Positions 10,546-23,120 of a DNA stretch of 38,615 nucleotides are shown in pieces. The stretch comes from Macrostomum lignano. Its lineage: Eukaryota. The stretch is taken from positions 1 through 38,615 of the forward strand of contig NIVC01003426.1 in the NCBI GenBank assembly GCA_002269645.1, written 5' to 3'. A program made the position numbers and the translations under genes. Numbering within the stretch: position 1 is the stretch's first letter; the number at the start of each line of letters is the position of its first letter. The notes below the pieces were generated by a model that made no database searches, was not told where the DNA came from, and saw only the letters and a list, made by a program, of their open reading frames with translations.

Positions 10546-12280
10546 TTAGTTTGAGTAAATTTGATCCAACAAGTCAAAGTCGTCTTCATCATCAGCCTCC
10601 ATCGACTCTTCTGAAGAAGATGCGACAGCTCCAGCTGCCATCTCGAGCTGCTGTGAAGCCTGGCTCTGCTTCTTCACTCGAGTGCCGGCGTGCCTCAAAT
10701 GTTCGGCCACGGCTAGGCCCACCGAAACTGCAGTTGCGTCCTTGAAAATGCCTCCTGCTGCATCTGAAGCAAAAAAAGTATAAATTGATAATTTGTATTT
10801 TTCCATGTCCATAACCTTATTTAAAACCGTTTCATTAACTGTTGCAATCTTCGATTTTACTGCCTACTTAGTGGTTTAGATATTGTATGCACTACTCATG
10901 TACTTACTAGCAATGATCGGCAGCAGTCCGAGACTCGAAAAACTCTTTTTTGATTTGCCTTGGCGGGTTGCTCCACGAAGGCTCATCTGAGCCGCCAGTT
11001 CATCGGTCATCAGAAGCCGCAGTATATTAAAGACTGGATGATTGAGTCGTCTCCCTCCAAGTGAGCGAAAGTGCGACACCTTGAATGGACGAGATAAAGT
11101 AGTTAAATTAATTACGAGAGTACCTCTGTGATTTTTTCGCCTGATATACTATGCATTCAAATGATAGCAACATTGGCAGCTTACAGCGTGTTTGACAGCC
11201 TTTCGATCAGACTGAAGAGCCGCCACCCAGTTTTGTAAGGCAACGAACTCTGTACATGGCAGTCCATCGAACAGACTGTGTAAGTCACCGTCATCTTCTG
11301 AAGGTCCACCAGATGTGCGAGCCACCAACTTGTTCTGAAGGTCAACCAAAGAACTTTTCACTGAAGTATGCTGTGCGCGAATCACACCTGTCAATAAGTA
11401 TTTTAGTCACATCTCTCTGTTGAAAATTAACCCTTTGCCATTTGGGGTTTTTCAAAGCTATATATTACGTTCGTTTATACTACATTTAGATTTAAATTTA
11501 CACTGCTAGACTACTCTATCTCAATGGATTATCTCATTCAATTGTCTGTCACAACTGTCCTCAGAAATTTAAGCGTTTCGAGTTTGAAAATTATGCAGAC
11601 TCACTCTCCAGTCGCTCAACGGCTGCAGTGAGCTTCTCGACTTGTGAACTCAAGTTGGTGATACTTAGGTTGATGCCTGCAAGCCCTTCCTTTGGCAAGC
11701 TTGAGACTTGGACTGGACCAGCTGGTGTTGATTATCCTGCTGTGCAGCTTGCCGAAACGTTTCGAGCGGCGGAGGTGGAGACGCAAGGGCATGAAGCGTT
11801 GGTGGGGGTGAATCTGGAGGTCGGGCCACTCGTCGACTTTGTCTGCCAACACGCGAGCTCCCAGCTTCCACAGCTTCATTGATGAAGCGACTGACTGTCT
11901 TTCGAAGACGAGGAGCATCAGAGTCGCTTGTTTCCACTGTCCCTTTGCTCAGAAAGCGCCGTCGTAGTTTAACGGCCTCTGGGAGAGTGGCTGAAGTTTA
12001 AAATTAAAAGGCATTTTCCCTGGTGTGAGATGCGATTGCCCAAGAAAGAATTGTTGAGTAATTAAATGGAATGGACCCTTGTCTTACCTCGAGATCCGAC
12101 AACTTCAACGGTTTCCACAGCCCAGTTCTCATTCGGTGTCCTGTGGCCTTTGATGGCTTGATTGTACTCTGCTGCAGGGGGCCAGTGCACAGAAGTTCCG
12201 CTTTCAAACCATTCTTTTAGGACGATTTCTACACTATCGTCTTCAAAAAGAACCAAGACAAACCTGTTGTCCGATGACAT
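10546..12280 (-). CDS. 5-exon DUF4806-type (BEN-like, transposon-associated) gene with one frameshift in exon 2
   Basis: Exons 12280-12088, 11990-11605, 11387-11185, 11079-10908, 10763-10546, all with GT-AG sites and compatible phases except that exon 2 is 1 nt off. N-terminus FVLVLFEDDSVEIVLKEW...WPP...AIK...P..W; coiled coil SITNLSSQVEKLTAAVERLE; C-terminus LPC...RSLGG...NILRLLMTDELAAQMSLRG...KKSF...EHLRHA. Confidence 0.72.
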
Positions 12281-12737
12281 GCTGTCTCAAAGTTGTGCTA
12301 AATACGATCTTAAAGCATATAATCAGTCGTGATACATGCAAATCTTTGCGATAGGGAATGAAACGGAAATAAAAAACAAATGTTAGAATAGGTTTCATGG
12401 TTCAGATCTTCCGATTGGTTTGAAATTTTTGCATACAGGAAGGAGGTTTAAAAAATTTCCCAGCACGACCCAATGAGAAGCAGCTGAGCTGAATGTTACT
12501 TTAAAATTTAGTAGACTGTGAAGTCGCACGGCATTGGACGCGCCAACATCTGAACTCACGGGAGGCGCAATAGTGTTCATGCGACCCACGCTTCCAGCTT
12601 TACCAATCCAAAATTCCCAGTTCCATACTTTAAGTTTTTACACTTAACAAAATTAATTTTTTTAATTGCAGCTTTTTCATTTTGGACCCTTATGAGCTAT
12701 TTATAAACTGCAGCATTTTACAAATATAACTATGATT

Positions 12738-12940
12738 CAGGGGCGGATCTATTCAAGGGCGGCCGCCCCCCCAAAAACAGCTTGATAAAAAATATTGCTT
12801 CCCCTAAGACCTAAGTTTTTTGGGGGAGCCCTTTAACTTGATTTCTGCGCCCCCTAGCTAAAAAATTGGCGCCCCTGATATTTATGTTGGCGCCCCAAAC
12901 TTGGACCGCCCCCTTAAATGAAATTCTAGACCCGCCACTG
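12738..12940. mobile_element. hAT-type MITE (203 bp)
   Basis: TIRs CAGGGGCGGATCTA / TAGACCCGCCACTG; 8-bp TSD CTATGATT / TTATGATT (7 of 8 match). Confidence 0.8.
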
Positions 12941-14087
12941 TTATGATTATATTTGATTTCATAATGTGTCCAACAACAAACAACTCGTGAAATCCAGTTG
13001 GGCAAGAAAAGATTCGTGCCTGTCTGTTGCAGATTTAAAATGCACGATTCGAAATTTTATTTCAATGTAGAAATTTATGCTACCTTAGGTTAATTAAAAT
13101 TTATGAAGCAAATAAATACAAACTAAAAAGCGAAGTGGAGAAACTGACAAGAAGCGCAGCGCAGGAGAAAATATGAAACTAATGGATTGATTGGGAAGAG
13201 GATTTCAACTTCTCGCGTGTTAGCCACTGGATATTGCACACTTTTGAGCAGTGGCACAGCAGAATAACAGAATAGACAGATAAAAATAAATGTGTTAATA
13301 CGCCCGTATATGCCAATTTTACTTACTACAAGATGATTTAAAATATCAGGATCAAAAAATTCTACAGCAATCAACGCGTACGCTCGTATCAGAGCGTCTG
13401 TTTACTGGTGGAAGGTCTTTTATTTTTGGAAAAGTTCACGTTCAGCCGGTTCAAGCAGGCTGTTTTTCTCTCACCGATTCCATATAGTGTCACTTTATTT
13501 GCACCTAAAATGCACCTTGTAAGAATATCATTCATTGAAGTTGGCTCAAGAATTCTTTGTTCCGTGCTTCTTTGTTCTTTGTGTTTTGCTTTAAAATGTC
13601 CCTAAGTTGGGGGTGGGGGACTAAATTCATTCTCAGTTAACCCGAAAGCAAGCATACGCTATATAATACCTGGTATGTTGTACAGAGCTAGTATAGAATA
13701 ATGCTATAGCATATGCTTGGCTGCAATTCCCACGATGCTTCAATATAGCTTCTTGATAAGAACAGATCTTATCTTTTATCAACCTTCTGACCAGGAAATA
13801 TTCTCGTCGATCAATGAACTTGCTTTTGGTTAGAACTATATGCGCTTTGGCCTTGCTTTGCTTCTATAAACTAGGAGGTAACATGGTACAAATAAATTCA
13901 TTCGTTTCATGAATATGAAAAAAACCAGCTGCACAAAATTATTGTTTTTTTCTATTGAATACAAAAAACAGAAAAAAACTAATGAATTCGAAGAACAGCG
14001 AGCTACACGGTAAATTACAAAAGCGGGGAATAAATTGAGGCGCCGTAAATAATTATTCGCATCCTATAGTGTGCAACAGTGGAAAGG

Positions 14088-15438
14088 CAGTCGGTATCAC
14101 CCGCAGAAAGAATCGTGTCTCTAGATTAATCCGCTTTCCAGATATTCGAAGGCGGCGATTCGGGAAAATTCTAATGCATTCAAATGGGCAAATCCGGGAA
14201 AATCAATTAGGAATTGCCAAACTGTATCAGTAGCCTCAGCTTTGGGATTCTACACATCATTAGAGTGTGCCAGTCGGTGTCACCCGCAGAAAGAATCGTG
14301 TCTCTAGATTAATCCGCTTTCCAGATATTCGAAGGCGGCGATTCGGGAAAATTCTAATGCATTCAAATGGGCAAATCCGGGAAAATCAATTAGGAATTGC
14401 CAAACTGTATCAGTAGCCTCAGCTTTGGGATTCTACACATCATTAGAGTGTGCCAGTCGGTATCACCCGCAGAAAGAATCGTGTCTCTAGATTAATCCGC
14501 TTTCCAGATATTCGAAGGCGGCGATTCGGGAAAATTCTAATGCATTCAAATGGGCAAATCCGGGAAAATCAATCAGGAATTGCCAAACTGTATCAGTAGC
14601 CTCAGCTTTGGGATTCTACACATCATTAGAGTGTGCCAGTCGGTATCAGCCGCAGAAAGAATCGTGTCTCTAGATTAATCCGCTTTCCAGATATTCGAAG
14701 GCGGCGATTCGGGAAAATTCTAATGCATTCAAATGGGCAAATCCGGGAAAATCAATCAGGAATTGCCAAACTGTATCAGTAGCCTCAGCTTTGGGATTCT
14801 ACACATCATTAGAGTGTGCCAGTCGGTATCAGCCGCAGAAAGAATCGTGTCTCTAGATTAATCCGCTTTCCAGATATTCGAAGGCGGCGATTCGGGAAAA
14901 TTCTAATGCATTCAAATGGGCAAATCCGGGAAAATCAATCAGGAATTGCCAAACTGTATCAGTAGCCTCAGCTTTGGGATTCTACACATCATTAGAGTGT
15001 GCCAGTCGGTATCAGCCGCAGAAAGAATCGTGTCTCTAGATTAATCCGCTTTCCAGATATTCGAAGGCGGCGATTCGGGAAAATTCTAATGCATTCAAAT
15101 GGGCAAATCCGGGAAAATCAATTAGGAATTGCCAAGCTGTATCAGTAGCCTCAGCTTTGGGATTCTACACATCATTAGAGTGTGCCAGTCGGTATCAGCC
15201 GCAGAAAGAATCGTGTCTCTAGATTAATCCGCTTTCCAGATATTCGAAGGCGGCGATTCCGGAAAATTCTAATGCATTCAAATGGGCAAATCCGGGAAAA
15301 TCAATCAGGAATTGCCAAACTGTATCAGTAGCCTCAGCTTTAGGATTCTACACATCATTAGAGTGTGCCAGTCGGTATCAGCCGCAGAAAGAATCGTGTC
15401 TCTAGATTAATCCGCTTTCCAGATATTCGAAGGCGGCG
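14088..15438. repeat. 183-bp satellite-like tandem array, ~7.4 copies
   Basis: CCGCAGAAAGAATCGTG recurs every 183 bp; copies differ by only a few substitutions. Confidence 0.98.
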
Positions 15439-16604
15439 TATCGGGATGACGTGACGAACAACGAGGACCAGTACTCAATGTTTTAATTGAGAATGAGAAA
15501 TTCTATTTTACAGAAAGGAACGAATGGATGCTCTCTACTGCACTCAGAAGATCACGAAAGCACCCTTACAAAAATAAAGGAAGTGGTTTATATTGCTTTG
15601 AAAGACAGACTTAATGCTGTAATTGGTTAGAAGGATAGGAAATATAGGAAAAATATTAGTGCATGGAGTTTACAGTATACACACACCTTTTGACTGTCAA
15701 CTGTCACCCCACCGTGTCATTCTTTCTCTGTTGCGGTTTGGTGGGGGAGGCTGTCAGTGTTCTCTCAATTGGCCGCGCTTTAACCAATAGGAACAAATAT
15801 TCTATAGAATTCCAGAACGATTCCATGGAATAATCGTCTTTCCGTGAACCCAACTGTATTCTACAACTAATTGAGTAATCGGGTGTGATTTTCCAGTGGG
15901 TTATATTGATGCTTTCAAACGAATACTCTTTAGGACCTTACTGTCAGTAGTAGCTAACTACAACGGGCAACCATATTATACATGTATGAATACGTTTTTC
16001 ACCCGACCATCAAAATCAAAATCAAAATATAAAGTTATTCGGCGCCTTCAGCAAACTGGAAACTAAGCTCATAATTAATAGTACGTGTAATGTAACTTAT
16101 AACAGAAATATCTGACTCATTGTAATTGCCATCAGCTCAGCTATAGCTGCCTGTACGCTCGTACATGTAGCAGAAAAACAGTTTCAGCTTCCGTATCGTC
16201 GTCCAGCGAATTTATTTTTTCATCTTATCTTCGAGCTACATGTACAAAAAGCTTTGCATAATTAATACAAGCGGGAACAGATTAGTTTACCCGATTAACA
16301 GTAAACAGTTTTTCAAAAAATTTCCGGCCAATTCGTCTATTTTGTACAGGTATACAAACATGCGTATGATGCTACTAAAAGTAAATGTGCCGCAAATGTG
16401 CGGTATTTTCCTTCGTTGAATGTCCCACATTGTTCCAACGTTTTTTCAACAGCCCATACGACTATTCACTTTGCCCAAATATCCTTTTCGTTGGACGAAC
16501 GTTTTTTGGCAGCCCGGGAACACCCTCACACAAGATATTTATATATCTTTATATTTATATAATTATATTTATATACTCATCACACACCCACTGGCAACTA
16601 TGAC

Positions 16605-16714
16605 CTGGTGGTAGTAGTAGTATGATATAAGGGGCTGAGTCATCCAGCGAGCTGGCGCGAAATGCGCCCGAGCATTAAGTGTGGCGCAGCCTCTTATATC
16701 ATACTACTACTTAC
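16605..16714 (-). other. 99-bp hairpin element (16613-16711) filling a predicted 110-nt GT-AG intron, copy 1
   Basis: Arms AGTAGTAGTATGATATAAGGGGCTG and its reverse complement match at 24 of 25 positions. Minus strand has AC|GTAAGT at 16714 and ACCACCAG|G at 16605. Confidence 0.7.
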
Positions 16715-17000
16715 GTTTTACTAGATTTCGAATGAGTCTCTCTTTCACAGACAAGTCACTGGTTGGAATCGCATCTAAATCAGCTATCATTTTTTCATCA
16801 GCTATATGCTTCTTTGCTAGAGCTTCTTCTGGATTTAAAGATGTTTTTTTCAGCATCTCTATGAGTCATTGCGGTCTAAATATCTAATCCTGTTCCTAGA
16901 AAAATCTGCTTACTGAAGCCCATTTTTACTGTGATATTTTAGTACAATTATTGTGCCAAGAAGCTAAAAATATCTCTATTTCCTTTTCCGGAATGTAATT
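16707..17000 (-). pseudogene. Polinton/parvovirus-type PLA2-like domain remnant
   Basis: Decayed ELH.G...LD..TAMTH followed by the open stretch KKHIADEKMIADLDAIPTSDLSVKERLIRNLVKRK*, resembling the HD...RH.AD..M...L region of Polinton PLA2X proteins; stops and frameshifts upstream. Confidence 0.45.
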
Positions 17001-17458
17001 CAGTTATATTCTTCAGAAATCTTTGGCATTTTTATAATGAAAAAATTGAAGACGCGTTTTTGTCAATCCAAAGATGGTAAAATGCTACTTTATTCGTATG
17101 AAGTTCTGGCTTGGCCAGCAAAAGATGTTTTTAACTTGCTACTTATGTAAGTAAAATGCTTTGAACGAAATTAAATGTTTCATTTTGACAATTCAGGATT
17201 TTCCTGACAATTGCAGCTAGTGTAGCTAGGACTTTAGAAGCTAGTCCTCCTCATGATCATCCGTGTCTGGGGCCGGCGCCGTGTCCGGGGCCGGCGCCAC
17301 TGTCCGCGGACTTGGACTCCGGGCTCGGCAAACTGCGGAAATAAAGAACTAGCAATCTGAGCAACCCTTCAGGGTGGGCAAATATTAAACATACATTTTA
17401 ACTCTCAAGGCTTGTCGTATTGTTGTCAAGGGTTGCTGCATTGTCGTAACTATCTTCA

Positions 17459-17540
17459 GCAAGCATCCCCCAGTAGACAGCAAGAATTTCCACAGCAGAC
17501 AGCAAGCATTCCCCCCAGCAGACAGCAAGCTTTCCCTGCA
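17459..17540. repeat. ~22-bp minisatellite (AGACAGCAAGC core), ~4 copies
   Basis: Repeated CAGCAAGCAT(T)CCCCCAG(T/C)AGA. Confidence 0.8.
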
Positions 17541-19240
17541 TTCAAGTAGAACTTCTAGGGGGGTAGTCAGGAGGGGGTTGCTACTTTAGTTATATAAGAT
17601 TTAGGGCCTGAACACGCAACTTAAGCTGCTGAAAGATGCAAGCGCTAAATGCAAATTCGAGTAACAGAAAGTCATTCCACACTTAGGAATGAAACGCTGC
17701 ATTCAGAGTTTGGGGGAGTCAAGTTGTTTTTACTCACTTAGATGGAGGATTTCTGTAAAGAAACGACGCACTATATATTTTCAGTCGATGCCTAAGTGTG
17801 CATGTAATGATTGTGCGAAGGATTAGGGGACTACAAGTCAACGCAAGTTTCTAAGTGATGAAGCACACCCTTGACAAGTGAGTTAAGGGGGGATTAAGCG
17901 ATGGCACAAGGTGCATAGAGTACATTACACATGCAACTCCACCCACAGCGCACAAGCCAAGTCACCAAGTCGCCAAGTCACCTCTTATTTTACAGTATAA
18001 GATTTCAATATCAATAAAAATGAACAGAGAAGGTAATCGTCAAGAAGAAACTAACCTCTAGCGCTGTATAATACAGCGTGTTTTCTTCAATGAATGAATC
18101 CATGGAAATCTGAAGAGATAAGTGAGATAAATTCACGTATTCATTGATAAATCATTCATTGATAAATCTATAGGCAAAAACTTATAGACATGGTCGCCAG
18201 TCACTATTAGAGACATGACCACCATGTCAATGAAACTTGCATGGCAGCTGTATCATTAATATTGAATGGGTTCACACGACACTGTGGGTGGCCATGTCTC
18301 TAATATGGGAGCTTATAGGCACGGCTGCCATGCATAATAATCATCAATCACAAATTGGATGTAAAAATAGATTGACTGATTTGTAAAAAGTCAGAGTTTT
18401 TTGTACTTATTTTAAATTAAACTTGTACTTAAGATTGAGTGTTACTTCTATTAAAAATAATTTAATTTATTTTTAGGCTATAGAAGAAAAAATAGCTATA
18501 TGTATATTATGCCTATGAATATACAAAAAGCTATCTTTTTATCAGTGTGCCATTGTGTAGTAACATGCAATTTTATCTAACTTATCTCTGCATTGTTTTC
18601 CAATTAGAAAATAAAAAAAAGTTAGAGCTGCCTCTTTCACCTCATTTTAAAATATGATTTCTTATGGGAATTCGTTTGTAATTTATTGATACACTTATTT
18701 TAGTGAGCACCAAGAGCTAGGCAAAACTTTTTTGCAAAATATAAATTTGTAATCATTTTTGCATAAGAAATTAAATGGAAAAATAAAAACCCATGGTGCT
18801 TAACAAAATATTTGCATTAAATTTTTATAGGCAAAATACATTGACTAAAACAATTTTCTTAATTGCAAGAATTTAATCAATTAATCCATATGATATATTA
18901 TTAGAAAGTATTTTTCCAATAGAATATGTCTTTTTCTACCACTTATTTCTATTCTTTGTTATCTAGGTTATTTTTAAGCTAGAAAAAAGTTTTTTTTCAC
19001 ATTTTTTCATTTGGTCATATTTATATTTATCTCATTGAAGTCCCTACTAACAGCTATGGATATGGATCTTGCATTGCCATTGCCATTAAAATATGGGCAG
19101 TTGTTATTGTTATGGTGACAAGCGTCTAGCGAGACAGTTAACACTTATGGTTATGGTTAACACTTGAAACAATTACCATCTAAGTAAGTACTGAGAAAAG
19201 TACTGAGAGAAAGGATGGGGAAACATACAAGAAAGATTCG

Positions 19241-19326
<86 letters not shown>
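19241..19326. repeat. (GA)n microsatellite
   Basis: GA run of ~86 bp with one interruption. Confidence 0.99.
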
Positions 19327-19328
<2 letters not shown>

Positions 19329-19408
19329 GTGCTGTGACCCTCTAATCTCGGGAACACCCGACTAGGACTCATTATTGAAGTTCATGTACCTGTACTAGAC
19401 TGCTCAGG

Positions 19409-19561
19409 CCATACATAAGACGCTACCAGACATACATAAGACGATACCAGACTAATACATGAGACGCTACCAGACTAATATATAAGACGCTACCAGACTA
19501 ATACATAAGACGCTACCAGACTAATATATAGGACGCTACCAGACTAATACATAAGACGCTA
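19409..19561. repeat. 21-23-bp minisatellite, ~7 copies
   Basis: Unit GACTAATACATAAGACGCTACCA. Confidence 0.95.
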
Positions 19562-21499
19562 TCCGTACGCTACTGAAACCGCTATATTTAAATAAAAATT
19601 CCAAGAAATTACTAAGAAATATTAGTATAGAGGCAAAAAACCTGTCACAACTTGGTGGCATTAGTGGGATATTATCAAGAAAGAAGTCACCCCTACCACA
19701 ACTTTGGTCCCTACCACAACTTTGGTGGCAGCTTTAAGATTAATTTCATAGACAGAAGAATAACGCTTGTTACACTTTTAATTCCAACTAATGCTTGATT
19801 AGAACTTTTGACAATTGACAATATATTCTTAACTTATTAATCTTAGCTTAGGAGTTTTTAAAAAAATTATATGCTTTTAAATGGCACTGCTACTGCTAGA
19901 TTCATAGCTGTTAGAAAATGAACATTTGCAAAATTAAAATAAGAAATTATAAATGAAGCATTGCCAGCCATCATTATAAGATGTTTATACATTAAAGTTA
20001 GGCTTCCATTGCCATTTACACTGTGACAGCTGTTAGAGAACTGGTTCTGGTGCTAGAACTAGTCATTACCAGTGGCTGTATCATATTTAACAGGTTATAA
20101 CTGTTATAACTGAGTATAGCTCATAGGCAATGGCTAGATTCCTAGAGTTCCAGCACCGGAACCCATTTTCTAACGGCTATGGATCTGGCAGTGCCATTAT
20201 TATAGAGATGGAACAGATTTCTTAAAATTATTCTTAGTAGTATTGAATTATATGCTTCTATATGGCACTGCTGGATCCATAACTGCTAGAAAACGGGTTC
20301 CGGTGCCAGAACTCTAGCCATTACCATTGTCCATTACTGATTGAATATAGGCATATGCCTTGTCATGAAAATAACTTTGGCTGATAATTTTTACCAACGT
20401 TAAAACCAATGTTAAAATGTACAAAACATGTGCATGATTCCACATGATGACTCACTCACCCGTCACCCCTCACTCCTTGGTCAGCTACCCCATAATTTTT
20501 GTCGTCTAGTATATAGCCACCCCACTCTTACTATGTACATTTTAACATCAGTTTTAATGTTGGTAAAAACCAATCCGCCAAAGTTATATACATGCGTAGT
20601 CATGCAGCTCAGCAGCTGCAAGCAGAGCTGCAAAGATGGTTATGGCTAGAGTTCCAGCACCATAACTAGTCCCTAACAGCTGTGTAACTGACACTGCTGG
20701 ATCTTCTATCTAGGGTAATATAGCCATAAGAAAACTGGCTACTGCCTATTGGCTTTGCTGCCAGAAGTCTACTCAAGCTAGCCTGAGCCTGTTGCCTTGC
20801 TTTTTTGGAACAAAAAACTTGACAAGGCAACTTTTGTTTTTTATCTTGAACTATATAGTTACTTAGAACTATATTCAAACTTATTTAGTTGCTGCGGGCC
20901 TTTAGGCCACCACAAGTTTTAATGGTGGCCCAAAACTGGCATACATAGTAGGCATTTTTAGAATAGGCAAGAAATAGTAAGTCAGATTCAGATACCAATT
21001 GACACTCTTGTAAAACTTGCAACTTATTCCCTTAACCTTGAAGTTTTACTTTCCTATAATGTTTGACAAAACTGGAGTGGAAGTTATTGTCCGCTTCTAT
21101 GAATCTGTTTTTATTAGGTTCGCTTGTTTCGCTTGTTTTTAGAAATGGCTGTCCAAGTCATGTTGATTAACATTTAAAGATTGGTCCAAATCAAAACTAC
21201 ACAGTATAACAACAATGTACAAAAATAAATTTAGAACGCTATGCGTAGATATGAAATTCAATTAAAAATGTATAGTTGATTTTTTTTATTATAGCCTCTA
21301 ATATACATGTTTTAAGCAAAGTTGTAAATACTACACACAATGTCCACCATGTCAAAATACTATTAGGCGGAAAATAAGAAAGACAAGAAGCATCATAAAA
21401 CATTTCAAGTGAAAAATGGCAAGACAGTTTTAGCAATAATGAAAACAGAAAAACAGTGACACGAACGTGAGCATGTGTATATTTTCTTTTCCTCCTCCT

Positions 21500-22010
21500 T
21501 TTTCATCCGGGCTGGGGACCGGGAATAGCGGAATTAAAAGATTTGACTAAACGCAAGAATCACAAATTTGGTGGCCCTGAGAAGGGCTGTTTTGTCGTTC
21601 AGGGGTCACTCATTTATAGGTCGGTGACCAAGACCTTACGCACACCACGACTGCATAAGTGCAGTGGCAGTGGTCCACTTCTGCAAGCCGCCAGACTGGC
21701 CAGCGTGGCTAGGCTTGGCACTTTGCCAGTTGCGGCACGTTTGGCAGCCAAACGAACTGACCAACGATATTTTGCAAAAACGGTCCGCACTGCGCAGCGT
21801 TGCCAGTCGAAACCGGGCTTAGGCGGCGCGGAGGTAGAACACGAGCTGGCGCTGGAGCTGGCACAGCTGGCCCCTTGCACCATGAAGTTTGCCCCCAAAA
21901 GCAGCCTGGCCCATTGCAGATTGCGTAGAAATCATTGTCTCTTGGACAATGTTTCCTACGGCACGTATTCGCCAGCAACTTTCGGCAGCAGCCTTAATGG
22001 TGCAAGGGGC
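21500..22010 (+). repeat. GC-rich unclassified repeat, copy 1 (partial, rearranged copy at 22885-23120)
   Basis: ~140-bp direct match (GGCTGGGGACCGG...GGTGGCCCTGAGAAGG...GGTCGGTGACC) plus an ~85-bp segment present in opposite orientation in copy 2. Confidence 0.85.
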
Positions 22011-22114
22011 ACCATTCATCTTCTGCCACCTCAGTAGCAGACTGGCGCGACAATAGACAGCCCTGGAATCATTTTGTGAACAGAAATGATAATCCCACAA
22101 AAAATAAAAAACTA

Positions 22115-22190
22115 GCCAACATCTAGCCAACTGCCCACCTAGCCACCCAACTCCCCATCTAGCCACCCAACTCCCCACCTAGCCACCAAC
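22115..22190. repeat. C-rich ~18-bp minisatellite
   Basis: Repeated CTAGCCACCCAACTCCCCA(T/C). Confidence 0.8.
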
Positions 22191-22884
22191 GATCCACCTC
22201 CGCTTATCTCTACTCATCTCCGCTCCAGCCTGAGGTAAAAAATAATAGAAAAACAAGGCTACTGTACATATGCTTTGTGCATGATAAAACAACATCGTTG
22301 GTGCGTGTTTTTTGGATTTGTCATCAACAAGTAATTAGTGATGCCATATTGTATTGCATTTTGTGAGTGGCGCGTCCGCTTACAGTACTCCTTAGTCTTT
22401 AGACTTACATTTTATTTCTATTCCTGCGTGTCGCGCATCTCCTACTTCAAGTAGCGAACTCAGCTTATTTTACTCAGCATGAAAAAATAAATGAGCAAAA
22501 ATATTGTATTTTTAGTAAATTTCTATTGTGTACGTTGCAAACTCGTAATACACGAATACTAAAACTCTTAATTACAAGTTTTGCAATAGTATAGTTTCAG
22601 CTTTGCGTGCCTCTATTTTCTGTGTCCCTCACTAAGGGAGGAGGGGTAGAAGAATGGAGGAGAGAAGGGTAGAATGTAGGCGAGAAGGGGTAGAATGAGG
22701 AGAGAATATTTATTTGCACCTCAATGCACCAATACAGGACCCACACAATTGAAAACAATATTAAATCGAGCAGAAAACACGCAGCTTTATGCACTCGCAG
22801 TATCGTTATATTCAGCTGTTCCAATGCAGCTCCTAGCAGGCCAAGCCCGAACCCTTTCCCTTCCCCAGCCCGAACCTTTCTCTC

Positions 22885-23120
22885 CTCTTTTTTCATTCCG
22901 GGGGCTGGGGACCGGCAATGGCGGAGTTAAAAGATTTGACTAGCGCAAGCATCAATAATTTGGTGGCCCTGAGAAGGCCGCTTTAGCGTTCAAGGGTCAC
23001 TCATTCTATAGGTCGGTGACCCAAAACCTATAGGTTGCTGGCCAATACGTGCCGTAGGAAACATTGTCCAAGAGACAATGATTTCTACGCAATCTACAAT
23101 GTGCCAGGCTGCTTTTTAGT
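22885..23120 (+). repeat. GC-rich unclassified repeat, copy 2 (internal deletion plus inversion)
   Basis: 22885-23030 matches 21500-21640; 23036-23118 is the reverse complement of ~21897-21979. Confidence 0.85.

Larger units (their letters stand above)
19045..20710. repeat. Scattered direct and inverted copies of a ~60-bp motif
   Basis: Motif ATGGCACTGC..GATCCATA..TG.TAGAAAA.GGGTTCCGGTGC..GAACTCTAG near 19880, 20025 and 20261, inverted near 19045, 20130 and 20640. Confidence 0.75.

Noticed and set aside
13340-13400. FYSNQRVRS as a Crypton/tyrosine-recombinase TNHSxR-like motif
   Set aside because: Too short and degenerate, with no other recombinase motifs nearby.
14088-15438. CRISPR-like array (also considered for 6733-7032, 19409-19561 and 25463-25590)
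   Set aside because: Units are head-to-tail without unique spacers, there are no cas genes, and the context is eukaryotic.
16613-16711. HDV-like or hammerhead ribozyme reading of the hairpin core
   Set aside because: GCG-7nt-CGC mimics P3/L3, but P1, P2 and J4/2 cannot be formed on either strand, and there is no CUGANGA core.
19157-19372. LSLSLS ORF
   Set aside because: Translation of the (GA)n microsatellite.
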